From: an uncultured bacterium
GTDB taxonomy: Bacteria > Gemmatimonadota > Gemmatimonadetes > Gemmatimonadales > GWC2-71-9
Assembly: GCA_965651205.1 (NCBI GenBank)
Contig: CBFGRM010000002.1
Coordinates: 15,321 to 79,320, forward strand
Reading direction: 5' to 3'
DNA length: 64,000 bases
The notes under the pieces were generated by a model that was given only the letters and a program-made list of their open reading frames with translations, did not search any database and was not told the DNA's origin. Below, in pieces: positions 31,351 through 41,599 of this stretch. Position 1 is the stretch's first letter; every line of letters begins with the position of its first letter. Made by a program: the position numbers and the translations under genes.

Positions 31351-32817
31351 ATGAATGAGGATTGGTGGGGAGTGACCCCGGCGGTGGCCGGTGTGCTGGC
31401 GGCGCGTGGCTGGCAGCAGCGTGACGATCAGGTCCGTCAGGTGCTGCCTGCCATTGCCCGGCACGGCAACGCGGTGGTCGCGACACCCCCGGCGCCGGCG
31501 GCTGCGCTGCCGACGCTGGCCGGTGTGACGGCCGCAATCGCGGCCAGCAAGGGCCGCGCCCTGATCCTGGCCGCACCCGCGCTGGTGGCGCCTCTCGGGC
31601 AGGCACTGGCCCAACTCGCCTCCGCGGCCGGGCTGCGTCTCGTCACCGCCACTGGCCCTGCCCGCGCCACTCGTCATCTCACCGCCGGCACCGTCGACGT
31701 CCTGCTCACCTCGCCCACCGTGGCACTCGGCCTCCACACCCGCTCGGCGCTTGCCATCGATGGGTTCACCTCGATCACCCTGGCCTGGCCCGAGGACTGG
31801 GACGGCGATGAGGCCACCACCGTCCTGCTCGGCGAACTGGCCCGCGACGCCCAGCGGGTGCTGCTCACCAGCGACCTGATCCGGGTCACCCGCCTGGTGG
31901 AACGCCACTTTCACCGTGCCCTCGTGGTGGGATTGCCGTCGGTAGAGACCCCCACCGAGGCCCCGAGGAGCGTCCGCACCCTGGCCACGCCGTGGTCGAG
32001 TCGACCGCAAGCGCTGGTGACATTGCTGGAGGCGCTCGACCCGCAGTCGCTGGCAGTGTGGGCTATCGACCGCCACGACAGCGACGCGATCGCCGCTGCC
32101 ACTGTCGAACTCGCCGAGGCGACCCTGGTGGTGCGGAGCACGCCCGAGGCCGCATTGGTGGTCTGTCACGACCTGCCCTCGCCGGGCGAGCTGGCACAGT
32201 TGGGCGCTGGTCGGGATGTGGTGCTGCTGGTACCACCGGGGACCGAGCGCTACGTGGCCCGGCTGGCCAAGGGCAGCCTGCCGATCCGCGAAGCCGGGCT
32301 GGTCGACCGGCTCCGTGACCGCGACGCGGTGCTCCGCACCGAGCTGGCGAATGCCATCAAGGAGCGCGACCTCACTGCGGCCGCCTACGCCCTGGCACCG
32401 CTGTTCGACCGCTTCGATCCGCAGGCAGTTGCCGCTGCCTGTTTCGCGCTTTGGCGTCGCGACCAGCCGAGTGCCGGCAGCGTCACGACCGCAGAGCCGG
32501 AACCGCAGCGACCGACCGCAACACCGGTGGGCGGTGTCGCAACCACCAAGCTGTGGGTTGGTGTCGGCAGGCGCGACGAAGCAACCATCGGCGATCTGGT
32601 TGCGGTGCTGATCAAGGAAGTCGGACTTACCCGCGAGGCCGTTGGCAGAATCGAATTGCGTGAAACGTTTTCGTTGGTCGAAGTGCCGGCAGCCGACGCG
32701 GAACGGGTCGCACGAGCGCTCAACGGCCTCACCGTGCGGCGTCGCAAACTGGTTGCGCGCGTCGACCGGGGACAGGGCGGAAAGCCATCAGGAATGCGGG
32801 GTCCGCGCCGGCAGTAA
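31351..32817 (+). CDS. DEAD-box-helicase-like protein with degenerate catalytic motifs and a DbpA-type C-terminal RNA-binding domain
   Basis: The architecture is collinear with DeaD/DbpA, but motif I reads ATPPAPAA, DEAD reads WPED, and SAT reads TSD. The C-terminus KLWVGVGRRDEATIGDLVAVL...IELRETFSLVEVP is DbpA-like. Confidence 0.6.
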   Translation: MNEDWWGVTPAVAGVLAARGWQQRDDQVRQVLPAIARHGNAVVATPPAPAAALPTLAGVTAAIAASKGRALILAAPALVAPLGQALAQLASAAGLRLVTATGPARATRHLTAGTVDVLLTSPTVALGLHTRSALAIDGFTSITLAWPEDWDGDEATTVLLGELARDAQRVLLTSDLIRVTRLVERHFHRALVVGLPSVETPTEAPRSVRTLATPWSSRPQALVTLLEALDPQSLAVWAIDRHDSDAIAAATVELAEATLVVRSTPEAALVVCHDLPSPGELAQLGAGRDVVLLVPPGTERYVARLAKGSLPIREAGLVDRLRDRDAVLRTELANAIKERDLTAAAYALAPLFDRFDPQAVAAACFALWRRDQPSAGSVTTAEPEPQRPTATPVGGVATTKLWVGVGRRDEATIGDLVAVLIKEVGLTREAVGRIELRETFSLVEVPAADAERVARALNGLTVRRRKLVARVDRGQGGKPSGMRGPRRQ

Positions 32818-32822
32818 AGTCG

Positions 32823-32848
32823 ACGGGCCGCCCAGCGGGGCGGCCCGT
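32823..32848. terminator. GC-rich hairpin between convergent helicase-like and HU genes
   Basis: ACGGGCCGCCC-agcg-GGGCGGCCCGT (11-bp stem). Confidence 0.55.
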
Positions 32849-32886
32849 ACTCCTTGCGGAGGGTGACTGTGACAGCAGCGGGCTGC

Positions 32887-33177
32887 TTACTTGCCCTTGT
32901 TGACGGTGTCCTTGAGACCCTTGCCGGCACGGAACGCCGGGACCTTCGACGCCTTGATCTTGATGGTGGCACCGGTCTGCGGATTGCGGCCTTCACGCGC
33001 GGCACGCTTGCGAACCTCGAAGCTGCCGAAACCGGTGAGATTGACGCTGCCGCCCCTCTTCAGTTCCTTCGCGATGAGCCCGTCGGCCGAGAAAAAGAGA
33101 TCGACGATGTCGCCGGCGTCGGACTTGGAGGTGTCGCGGGCTGCCGCAACTGCCTCGATGAGCTCCTGCTTGTTCAC
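32887..33177 (-). CDS. hup: HU-family DNA-binding protein
   Basis: The GTG start at 33177 gives [10 protein letters not shown]...[42 protein letters not shown], a canonical HU/IHF fold. Confidence 0.9.
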   Translation of the reverse strand: MNKQELIEAVAAARDTSKSDAGDIVDLFFSADGLIAKELKRGGSVNLTGFGSFEVRKRAAREGRNPQTGATIKIKASKVPAFRAGKGLKDTVNKGK

Positions 33178-33353
33178 GGGCTGCTCCTGGGTGTGATTGG
33201 TGGGCACCGAGCCCCGGCCCGATTGGCCGGGTCTGGCGAGAATATGGGTACCGTGCGCGAAACTCCGCAAGTTCTCTATCATTCCCGAGTCTCTGTGGCC
33301 GGACCCCTTGCGGGGCAAGGCCTGCGCGTTGACACCCCCGCGGAGGGCAGCCG

Positions 33354-33965
33354 ATGACCACGCAACAGCGTGGGGGCAGGATCGAAATCGTGGCCGGAGT
33401 GATGTTCAGCGGCAAGAGCGAGGAGCTGATTCGCCGGGTCCGTCGGGCCATCATCGCCCGGCTCAGGGTCCGGGTCTTCAAGTCTCATCTCGATGCCCGC
33501 TACGAGGGCCTCCACCGGGTGGCCTCACACACCGGCGTGACCATCGAGGCGGCCCCGATTGATCGATCCGACGAGATCCTCCGGGTCCTGGAGTCGCCCG
33601 CCAACGTCGACGTGGTGGCGATCGACGAGGTCCAGTTCCTGGACGCCGGCATCGTCGAGGTGGCCACCCACCTCGCCGAGCACGGTGTCCGGGTGATCTG
33701 CGCCGGCACCGACACCGATTTCCGGGGCGAGCCGTTCGGGATGATGGGGCACCTGATGGCGATCGCCGAGGATGTCACCAAGCTCCAGGCGATCTGCGTG
33801 GTCTGCGGCGACCTGGCCTGCCGCAACCAGCGACTGGTCGATGGTCGGCCGGCGAGCTGGAACTCACCGGTGGTGATGGTCGGCGGCAGCGAGAGCTACG
33901 AGGCGCGCTGTCGGCGCTGTTTCCAGGTGCCCCGCCACGACGAAGACCAGGTCTCGCTGCTGTGA
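33354..33965 (+). CDS. tdk: thymidine kinase
   Basis: Has the [15 protein letters not shown]-loop, VAIDEVQF, and a C-terminal Cys4 zinc site (CVVCG...CRRC). Confidence 0.9.
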   Translation: MTTQQRGGRIEIVAGVMFSGKSEELIRRVRRAIIARLRVRVFKSHLDARYEGLHRVASHTGVTIEAAPIDRSDEILRVLESPANVDVVAIDEVQFLDAGIVEVATHLAEHGVRVICAGTDTDFRGEPFGMMGHLMAIAEDVTKLQAICVVCGDLACRNQRLVDGRPASWNSPVVMVGGSESYEARCRRCFQVPRHDEDQVSLL

Positions 33966-34561
33966 CGCGCGTGGTCGGACTCACCGGCAACATCGCCTCC
34001 GGCAAGAGCAGCGTGGCACGGCTCCTGGCCGAATGGGGTGCGGTGGTGATCGACGCCGATGCCATTGTCCGCAGCCTGCAGCAGCCGGGTCAGCCAGTGT
34101 ACCAGGCGATCATCGAGCGGTTCGGGCCGGGGATCATCGCCGGGAATGGCGAACTCGACCGCGCCGCGCTGCGCGCCGCGATGCTGGCGGATCCTGACAA
34201 CAAGCAGGATCTCGAGCGCCTGGTGCATCCCGCGGTGTATCAACGGATCAGGGAGCGGATCACCCAGGCCGGCGAGAACGGGGCAGCGCTGGTCGTGGCC
34301 GACATTCCGCTGCTGTTTGAAACCGGCGACCCGGCCGAATTCGATGCGGTGATATTGGTCGACGCGCCTGTCGCCGAGCGACGTCGGCGCCTGATCGAGG
34401 ATCGTGGCATCGACCCGGGGCAGGCCGATGCACTGATCGCCGCCCAGCTTCCGGCCGACCTCAAGCGTCGGGCCGCGGATGTGGTCATCGACAACGATGC
34501 CGATCTCGAGACACTGGCCCGGAGAACTCGCGACGCGTGGGCCACGGTGATTTCGGGGTGA
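33962..34561 (+). CDS. coaE: dephospho-CoA kinase
   Basis: VVGLTGNIASGKSSVARLL P-loop. 199 aa, with a GTGA overlap with tdk. Confidence 0.9.
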   Translation: MTRVVGLTGNIASGKSSVARLLAEWGAVVIDADAIVRSLQQPGQPVYQAIIERFGPGIIAGNGELDRAALRAAMLADPDNKQDLERLVHPAVYQRIRERITQAGENGAALVVADIPLLFETGDPAEFDAVILVDAPVAERRRRLIEDRGIDPGQADALIAAQLPADLKRRAADVVIDNDADLETLARRTRDAWATVISG

Positions 34562-35313
34562 GCACCCTGCTCTGGCTGGACCTCGATCCCCGCCCCGCCG
34601 AAGCGCAGATGTCCATCGACGAGGCGACCGTGGCCGCCGCACGCAGCGTCGGCCGCGACATTCTCCGGATCTATCGCTGGCAGGGACACACCGTGACGCT
34701 GGGTGCCAACGAGCGCGCAGTTGCCGTGTGGGATCGCGAGCGGCTCCAGCACGACGGCATCCGAGTGGTCCGTCGCCCGACCGGTGGCCGTGCAGTCTGG
34801 CACGATGCAGCCGACCTCACCTACGCCTGGGCCGGCGCCGCCGACGGACCGGCGGACGTGCGACGGATCTACCGCGAGCTGCACGAACAGTTGGCGAGTG
34901 CGATTCCACAGGGCAACCAGGCGGTGACACTGGCCACCGCCGGACGGATCGCCGACCTGTCCCCCGGCGCCTGCTTCGACCTGCCAGTGGGGGGCGAAGT
35001 GCTGGTGGGCACTCGCAAGGCGATCGGCTCCGCCCAGCGCGTCTACGGCAGCCACCTGCTCCAGCACGGTGCAATTGCGCTCCGCGACCGCAGCCAGTTG
35101 CTGGCACGATACCGGCAGGACACCAGCACCGTCCGTGCATCGCAGGATGGCTCCGACCTGCCCGACTCCGAGCAACTGGCCGCCGCGATTGCGGCACGAT
35201 GGCTGGACGACGGTGCGGAGCCCATCGCAACGGAGTTGACGTCGCGCATCGTTCTTGCCAGCGTGGAGCATCATCCCCACTACCTCGACCCGGCCTGGAC
35301 CTGGCGCCGCTGA
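34558..35313 (+). CDS. lipoate-protein ligase / octanoyltransferase-like (BPL_LplA_LipB) protein
   Basis: ILRIYRWQGHTVTLGANE...VVRRPTGGRAVWHD is an LplA/LipB-family motif. The GTG start overlaps the coaE stop. Confidence 0.65.
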   Translation: MSTLLWLDLDPRPAEAQMSIDEATVAAARSVGRDILRIYRWQGHTVTLGANERAVAVWDRERLQHDGIRVVRRPTGGRAVWHDAADLTYAWAGAADGPADVRRIYRELHEQLASAIPQGNQAVTLATAGRIADLSPGACFDLPVGGEVLVGTRKAIGSAQRVYGSHLLQHGAIALRDRSQLLARYRQDTSTVRASQDGSDLPDSEQLAAAIAARWLDDGAEPIATELTSRIVLASVEHHPHYLDPAWTWRR

Positions 35314-35356
35314 CGCACATCGCACCGGAGCAAGTCTTTTGACCAATCGTATCAGG

Positions 35357-36967
35357 ATGAGGGTTGTGCTGGTCACGGCGATCCTGCTCGGGGCAACTGC
35401 ACCGCTGGCAGCACAGCACGGTACCATTTCGATGGGCATCCGTCAGGACGCCACCCTGCCGGTGCCGTACCTCGGTCCTGCCACGGCCGGCAACGCGGTG
35501 GTCACCGACCAGCTCTTCCTGCGACTCGCCGGGCTCGGCACCAGCGGCGCCACCATCGGTGACAACGCGATGGTACCGCAACTGGCGAGGGCCTGGTTCA
35601 GGCAGGATTCGCTCACCGTGGACTTCGAACTGGATCCCCGCGCCCGTTGGCACGACGGCACTCCGGTTACCGCGCGCGACGTGGTGTTCGGCTGGCAGAC
35701 GCTGCGCCAGCCCGTGCTGGGCGTCACCCAGGCCCCGTTTGCACTGATCGCCGGCGTGGAAGCGCGCGATGCAGGCACGGTGCGCTTCCGCTTTCACCGC
35801 TGGTCACACGAACAGGTGTATACCGCCGGATTCCTGGTGCAACCGCTCCCGGCACACCTGCTCGAGTCGATCCCGGTCGATTCGCTCACCACCTCGGCAT
35901 TCGCCCGTGCGCCGGTGGGCAACGGCCCCTATCGCTTCGTGCGCCGGGAACCGGGTCAGTTCACCGAGCTCGGCGCCACCGGCAACTTCTTTCTCGGCCC
36001 ACCCGGAATCGCACGGATCATCTTCCGGCACATTCCGTCGAGCGATGCGCAGGTCAACCTGGTGCTTTCGGGTGAACTCGATGTAATGACCGATGCACCC
36101 GCATCTGCGCTGCCGCGACTGTCACGGAGCAGCACCCATCGAGTGCTCAACTCGCCGGGCAGCTTCATCACCTATCTGTTGTTCAATTCGCGCGCGCCCG
36201 GCAACCCCGACCAGCCGCATCCGATCCTGTCGGACGTGCGGGTCAGGCGCGCACTCACGCTCGGACTCGATCGCAGCCGGATTGCCGCAACCGCATTCGG
36301 ACCGGCGGCCGACACGCCCGGCTCGCTCCGCTCGCAGGCCTGGTACTGGCTCGGTGGCGGCCGTGACAACGGCCGAGCCGACACCGCCCGGGCCCGGGCG
36401 ATGCTCCGGCAGGCCGGCTGGATCGATCGCGATGACGACGGCGTCCTTGACCGCGACGGTTCACCGCTGGCACTCACGATCATCTATCCGGTCCAGTCGG
36501 CATTGTTCGCAGGTATCGCCGTCCAGGTGGAACAGATGTGGCGCGCGCTCGGCGTGCAGGTTCAACTCGAACCGATCGATGGTTCGGTGTGGTTCCAGCA
36601 GCGACGTGCCGGCCGTTTCGACGTCGACATCGCCGGCGCCGAGCAGGACCCGTCGCCGTCGTCGCTGTCGCAGAGCTGGTCGTGTGCTTCCGCGGCGGCA
36701 GCCAGCACCAGCAACGTGGCGCGTTGGTGCGACCCGGAGTTCGACAGGCTGCGCGACGCCGCAGCGGCCGACGCCGACCCCCAGGCAGCATTCCGTGCGG
36801 CTTTGAGCCGGATGGCGGAGTGGCAGCCGGCGATCGCCTTCGCACCTCCCAATCGCGTCGTGGTGCATCGCCGCTATGACAACGTGACCGTGCACAGCAG
36901 CAGGGCCTGGACCGGGTTGTGGCGTTGGCAGGTCAGGCCGGGCGCGGCACTGCCCCGCGATCGCTGA
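35357..36967 (+). CDS. ABC transporter substrate-binding protein, family 5 (peptide/nickel type)
   Basis: Signal peptide MRVVLVTAILLGATAPLAAQ, ~536 aa of SBP_bac_5-like sequence, followed by dppBCDF-like genes. Confidence 0.85.
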   Translation: MRVVLVTAILLGATAPLAAQHGTISMGIRQDATLPVPYLGPATAGNAVVTDQLFLRLAGLGTSGATIGDNAMVPQLARAWFRQDSLTVDFELDPRARWHDGTPVTARDVVFGWQTLRQPVLGVTQAPFALIAGVEARDAGTVRFRFHRWSHEQVYTAGFLVQPLPAHLLESIPVDSLTTSAFARAPVGNGPYRFVRREPGQFTELGATGNFFLGPPGIARIIFRHIPSSDAQVNLVLSGELDVMTDAPASALPRLSRSSTHRVLNSPGSFITYLLFNSRAPGNPDQPHPILSDVRVRRALTLGLDRSRIAATAFGPAADTPGSLRSQAWYWLGGGRDNGRADTARARAMLRQAGWIDRDDDGVLDRDGSPLALTIIYPVQSALFAGIAVQVEQMWRALGVQVQLEPIDGSVWFQQRRAGRFDVDIAGAEQDPSPSSLSQSWSCASAAAASTSNVARWCDPEFDRLRDAAAADADPQAAFRAALSRMAEWQPAIAFAPPNRVVVHRRYDNVTVHSSRAWTGLWRWQVRPGAALPRDR

Positions 36968-36968
36968 C

Positions 36969-37940
36969 GTGATCGCCTGGGCAGCAAGGCGCATCGCCGG
37001 GGCAGCGTTGCTCACCTTGCTGGGCAGCGCCATCCTCGTGCTGCTGGTGCAGTTGCTGCCCGGTGATCCGCTGGCTGCATTCATCGGCGACCGCGGCCTG
37101 GATCCGGCCGCCGAGGCCGCACTGCGCCAGCGTTGGGGAATCGACCGCCCGGCACTGCAGGTACTCACCGACTTTTTCCGCGGCGCCGCCAGGGGCGACC
37201 TCGGAACCTCGCTGGCTGCGCAACGACCCGTTGTCGAACTGCTGGCTGAACGACTCGAGCCCACCCTGTTGCTGGGTGGCTGCACCCTGGTGATCGACTT
37301 CACGCTGGGCATCTGGCTCGGGTTGTGGAGCGCACTCCGACCCGACACCTGGCGGGCCCGCCTGATCGCCGGTGCGACGCTGTTCTGCTACGCGGTGCCG
37401 GGATTCGTGATCGGGCTGCTGCTGATCTGGGCATTCGCGATCCAGTGGCCGGTCTTTCCGGCCGCCGGCTTTGCCGACCCGCTGCTCGCCGCAGATGCGT
37501 CGGCACTCACTCGCACGCTCGACATCACCAGGCACCTCGCCCTGCCGCTCGCAACGATGGTGCTGGCAACCATCGCGGTGCCGATCCGGATGCAGCGCAC
37601 CGCCGCACTCGAAACGCGCGACGCGACCTGGGTGCGTGCAGCAGTTGCGCGCGGCATCCCCGCGCGGCAAGTGGCCTGGCGACACGTCTGGCGACCGGCA
37701 ATCTCGCCGGTCGTCACGCTGCTGGGCCTCTGGCTGCCGATGCTGGTCTCGGGAGCGATCTTCGTCGAGGCAGTGTTCGCCTGGCCGGGACTCGGGTCGC
37801 TGATCGCCAGTGCGGCAGCCAGTCGCGACCTGCCAGTCGTGATCGGCGCCGGTGCGCTGCTGATCGCCGTGGTGCAGGCCGGATCCCTGCTCGCCGACCT
37901 GCTCAATCGCTGGCTCGATCCGGCACAGCGGACCTCGTGA
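36969..37940 (+). CDS. ABC transporter permease (DppB/OppB-like)
   Basis: 323 aa, multi-TM, with a BPD_transp_1 pattern. Confidence 0.85.
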   Translation: MIAWAARRIAGAALLTLLGSAILVLLVQLLPGDPLAAFIGDRGLDPAAEAALRQRWGIDRPALQVLTDFFRGAARGDLGTSLAAQRPVVELLAERLEPTLLLGGCTLVIDFTLGIWLGLWSALRPDTWRARLIAGATLFCYAVPGFVIGLLLIWAFAIQWPVFPAAGFADPLLAADASALTRTLDITRHLALPLATMVLATIAVPIRMQRTAALETRDATWVRAAVARGIPARQVAWRHVWRPAISPVVTLLGLWLPMLVSGAIFVEAVFAWPGLGSLIASAAASRDLPVVIGAGALLIAVVQAGSLLADLLNRWLDPAQRTS

Positions 37941-38740
37941 GCACCACCCTCCGGATCGCGCTGACGCTGGCCGTCATCCTGCTCGGCCTGGCCGTGGTGG
38001 GACCACTGTTGGTGGGCGATCCAGCCGCACCCGCCGCGAGCGGTGCACTGCTCACTGCACCCGGCAACACCCATTGGCTCGGCACCGACCCGTTCGGTCG
38101 CGACGTGCTGGCCCGACTGGTTCACGGTGCCCGCATTTCGATGATCGTGGCTCTCGGTGCGACGCTGATCGCGCTGGCACTGGGGGTCACCATCGGCGTG
38201 ATCGCCGGTGGCTCTGATCATCTGGTGGCACGACTCACCAGCCACGCAATCAATCTCGCCCTTGCCGTACCCAGAGTGGTGGTGCTCCTGCTGCTGGTGA
38301 CAATCACCGGACGACTGGGGCCGTGGACCCTCGCGCTGCTGCTGGGCCTGACCGGCTGGCCGGCAATCGCCCGCCTGGCGCGCGGCGAAGCACAACGAAT
38401 CGGCCACAGCGACTACGCCCTGGCCGCCAGGGCGCTGGGTGCGACTCCGATACGGCTCCTGCTGCGGGAAATCCTGCCCGGTACCGTCCCGCCGGCTCTG
38501 GTGGCCGCCACGCTGGGCGTCGCCGACGTGCTGCTGCTCGAAGCCGGCTTGTCGTATCTGGGCATCGGCATCCGACCGCCAGCCCCGAGTTGGGGCGGGA
38601 TGATACTCGAAGCCCAACCGTATCTCGCCGAGGCACCCTGGCTGCTGATCGCACCGGGTGCGGCTCTGGTGCTGGCAACCGCAACCGCCACGCTGCTCGG
38701 CGACGCGCTCAGGTCACGCCTGGTGCCGACAAGATCGTGA
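37937..38740 (+). CDS. ABC transporter permease (DppC/OppC-like)
   Basis: The GTG start overlaps the upstream stop (GTGA). GTDPFGRDVLARLVHGARIS is the typical OppC N-terminal motif. Confidence 0.85.
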   Translation: MSTTLRIALTLAVILLGLAVVGPLLVGDPAAPAASGALLTAPGNTHWLGTDPFGRDVLARLVHGARISMIVALGATLIALALGVTIGVIAGGSDHLVARLTSHAINLALAVPRVVVLLLLVTITGRLGPWTLALLLGLTGWPAIARLARGEAQRIGHSDYALAARALGATPIRLLLREILPGTVPPALVAATLGVADVLLLEAGLSYLGIGIRPPAPSWGGMILEAQPYLAEAPWLLIAPGAALVLATATATLLGDALRSRLVPTRS

Positions 38741-39720
38741 AGCATCTGCTCGAGGTATACGACCTCCGCGTGACATTCCGCGGCGACGACAACCGGAGCC
38801 GGCAAGTCGTCGACGGCGTGTCGTTCGCGATCTGCCCCGGTGAGATGGTCGCGCTGGTCGGTGAATCCGGCTCGGGCAAGAGTCTCACCGCACTGGCACT
38901 GCCGTCGTTGCTGCCGCAGGGCGCCACCGTTGGTGAATCGAGTCGGATCCTTTTCGACGGAGTCGACCTGCGCACCCTCGCACCGCGCGAACTGCGCCGG
39001 TACCGCGGCGCCCGCCTGGGTATGGTGTTCCAGGATCCGTATTCATCGCTCAATCCGGTGCTTCGTGTCGGCGACCACCTGACCGAGGCAATCCTCGCGC
39101 ACCAGGATCTGCCGCGGGGCGCGGCCCGACAGCGAGCCGTGTCGCTGCTGGCTGAGGTGGGGATTGCCGATCCGGAGGCAGGATTCACGGCCTGGCCACA
39201 CCAATTGAGCGGCGGGATGAGGCAACGAGTGATGATCGCAACTGCACTCGCTGCCGAACCGGAACTGCTGATCGCCGATGAGCCGACCACGGCACTCGAT
39301 GTCACCGTGCAGGCCCAGGTCCTCGAACTGCTCGACCAACTTCGCACCACTCGCCGGATGGCGGTGCTGCTGATAAGCCACGACCTGTCGATGGTTGCCG
39401 GACGCGCCGACCGGGTGATGGTGATGTACGCTGGCAGGATCATCGAGGAGGCGACCACTGCGGCACTGTTCTCCGCCCCAACCCACCCGTACACACGCGG
39501 ATTGATGGCAGCGGTTCCCCGGCTCGATTCCATCGCGACCCGCCTGACAACCATTTCCGGCACGGTGCCATCGCCGGACAACTGGCCCACTGGCTGCCGG
39601 TTTCACACCCGTTGCCCGCTCGCGATCGATCGGTGCACGCGCGACGCACCACCACTGGTTCAGGACACCCCGCAACACTCGACGGCCTGCTGGATCACCG
39701 CGCCGCCGGAGGAATCGTGA
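38737..39720 (+). CDS. ABC transporter ATP-binding protein (DppD/OppD-like)
   Basis: GESGSGKS, LSGGMRQR, LLIADEPTTALD, and the C-terminal oligopeptide-type CRFHTRCP motif. Confidence 0.9.
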   Translation: MKHLLEVYDLRVTFRGDDNRSRQVVDGVSFAICPGEMVALVGESGSGKSLTALALPSLLPQGATVGESSRILFDGVDLRTLAPRELRRYRGARLGMVFQDPYSSLNPVLRVGDHLTEAILAHQDLPRGAARQRAVSLLAEVGIADPEAGFTAWPHQLSGGMRQRVMIATALAAEPELLIADEPTTALDVTVQAQVLELLDQLRTTRRMAVLLISHDLSMVAGRADRVMVMYAGRIIEEATTAALFSAPTHPYTRGLMAAVPRLDSIATRLTTISGTVPSPDNWPTGCRFHTRCPLAIDRCTRDAPPLVQDTPQHSTACWITAPPEES

Positions 39721-40706
39721 CCGCGCCGCTGGTCGAGGTGCTGGACCTGGCGAAGCATTACCAGCCGGGTGGCTGGCGATCCAGACTTCCACCGGTCCGC
39801 GCCGTGGATGGCGTGTCACTCACGATCGCACCCGGCGAAACGCTGGCGCTGGTCGGAGAATCCGGCAGCGGCAAGTCGACAGTGGGCCGGGCAGTGCTCG
39901 GCCTGGAATCACCCACTTCGGGATCGGTGCGCTTTGATGGTCGCGACCTCGCCAGGCTGCCCGCGACCGAGTTGCGCGCCCTGCGCCGACGGATGCAGAT
40001 GGTGTTCCAGGACCCACTGGGATCGCTCAACCCGCGACGCAGCATAGGCGCGTCGATTGCCGAGGGACTTGCCATTCACCGCCTGGGGACGAGAGCCGAA
40101 CGATCAGCGCGGGTGGCGGAACTGCTGGAGGAAGTCGGACTCGACGCCACCTGGGCCAACCGATTGCCCGCAGAGTTTTCCGGCGGGCAACGCCAGCGGA
40201 TCGGAATCGCGCGGGCGCTGGCGGTGTCACCGGACCTGATCGTCTGCGACGAACCGGTGTCGGCGCTCGATGTGTCGATTCAGGCACAGATCCTCAATCT
40301 GCTGCTCGACCTGCGTGAGCGCCACAACCTCGCCTACCTGCTGATCGCCCACGACCTGGCTGTCGTGCGGCTGGTGGCCGATCGGGTTGCGGTGATGTAC
40401 CGGGGAACGATCGTGGAGACGGGACCGGCGCGTGAGGTGATCGAGTCGCCCAGGCATCCGTACACCCGCGCGCTGGTCTCGGCGGTGCCGTCGCTCGACC
40501 ACGCTCGCCAGCGGGAGCGTATCGTGCTGGCAGGCGAACCGCCATCACCGGGTGAGGCGTCGGCGGGATGTCCATTCGAGTCGCGCTGTTTTCACCCGTC
40601 CAGGGACGCGCGCTGCCGGACGGAGCGACCGGTGTTGCGGTCGCTCGGGCGGCAGGCAGTGGCTTGTCATCACGAGAACGATGTCGAAAGGAGTTCGGCC
40701 GACTGA
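39717..40706 (+). CDS. ABC transporter ATP-binding protein (DppF/OppF-like)
   Basis: GESGSGKST, FSGGQRQR, LIVCDEPVSALD, and C-terminal CPFESRC. Confidence 0.9.
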   Translation: MTAPLVEVLDLAKHYQPGGWRSRLPPVRAVDGVSLTIAPGETLALVGESGSGKSTVGRAVLGLESPTSGSVRFDGRDLARLPATELRALRRRMQMVFQDPLGSLNPRRSIGASIAEGLAIHRLGTRAERSARVAELLEEVGLDATWANRLPAEFSGGQRQRIGIARALAVSPDLIVCDEPVSALDVSIQAQILNLLLDLRERHNLAYLLIAHDLAVVRLVADRVAVMYRGTIVETGPAREVIESPRHPYTRALVSAVPSLDHARQRERIVLAGEPPSPGEASAGCPFESRCFHPSRDARCRTERPVLRSLGRQAVACHHENDVERSSAD

Positions 40707-40723
40707 ATCGGCCGGGGCGGAAT

Positions 40724-41599
40724 TCAGCGTCGGCTGCCGCCCATCGAGGTGCTGGCAGTTCCCTGACCGATCACTCCCGGACTGCGGTCGCGCGGCAGTC
40801 CGCCGCCGATCGGCTCGACCGGGAACAGATTGATGCGCGGAATGCGGCCACCACGCAGCACCAGCATCCTCGTCTCATCGGGCCCGGGGATCGCGCGCCG
40901 AACCACCGCACGCTCCTCCGCATCGACCCAGAAGTAGAGAGTCCTGCCGTCCATCATCGCCTCGACCATCCAGACCGGTTTGAAGCTCACCGCGCTGCCG
41001 ACGGTGCGCGGCTCCTGGGTCTGGTCGACCACCGAGTAGTGGAGCCACTGCAGTCGATCACCAAGGCCGTCGACCACTGCAATCGAACCGCCGGCTCCCA
41101 TCCGCATCGGCAGCGCACCCATCACCACCTCGATGCCGATCAGCCCATACGGAGCGGCATCGTGCAGGCCGTGCCAGCCCTGCTCGCCGCCGTTGGGCGT
41201 GGTGCGTCGCGACTTGACCGAACGACGGTTGATCTCGATCTCGGTCCGGCCTTTGTGGTCGTGCCGGATGCTCCTTATCGTGCGAAGGGTGTAGCGATCC
41301 AGCCAGGCGCTGTCGACCACAGTGCGGCCCTGATTGTCCTGGGTGGTCCGCGACAGCAACCATACCCTGTTGCCATCGATCCGTACCGTGTCGATCCGGA
41401 ACTCACCGTCGAAGCGGGAGAGGGTGTCGGCCCCGGCGGTCCAGCTCACCTTCTCGACCACATCAAGCGGACGCAGCCGGGCCCCGTCCGGCTGCGGAAT
41501 CGCGCCGAAAAAGCCGTAGTTCTGCAGCTCCAGCCCGGCAGCGGAGCAGCCGAGACAGCCGAGCACGGTCAACGCCAACGACACAGCAGCGGTGCGCAG
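40724..41599 (-). CDS. hypothetical lipoprotein; proposed CTG start
   Basis: CTG at 41599, with GAGGA 8 nt upstream, gives MRTAAVSLALTVLGC (a lipobox). The first canonical start (41758) adds 53 non-signal residues and leaves 14 nt to the divergent gene. Confidence 0.45.
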   Translation of the reverse strand: MRTAAVSLALTVLGCLGCSAAGLELQNYGFFGAIPQPDGARLRPLDVVEKVSWTAGADTLSRFDGEFRIDTVRIDGNRVWLLSRTTQDNQGRTVVDSAWLDRYTLRTIRSIRHDHKGRTEIEINRRSVKSRRTTPNGGEQGWHGLHDAAPYGLIGIEVVMGALPMRMGAGGSIAVVDGLGDRLQWLHYSVVDQTQEPRTVGSAVSFKPVWMVEAMMDGRTLYFWVDAEERAVVRRAIPGPDETRMLVLRGGRIPRINLFPVEPIGGGLPRDRSPGVIGQGTASTSMGGSRR

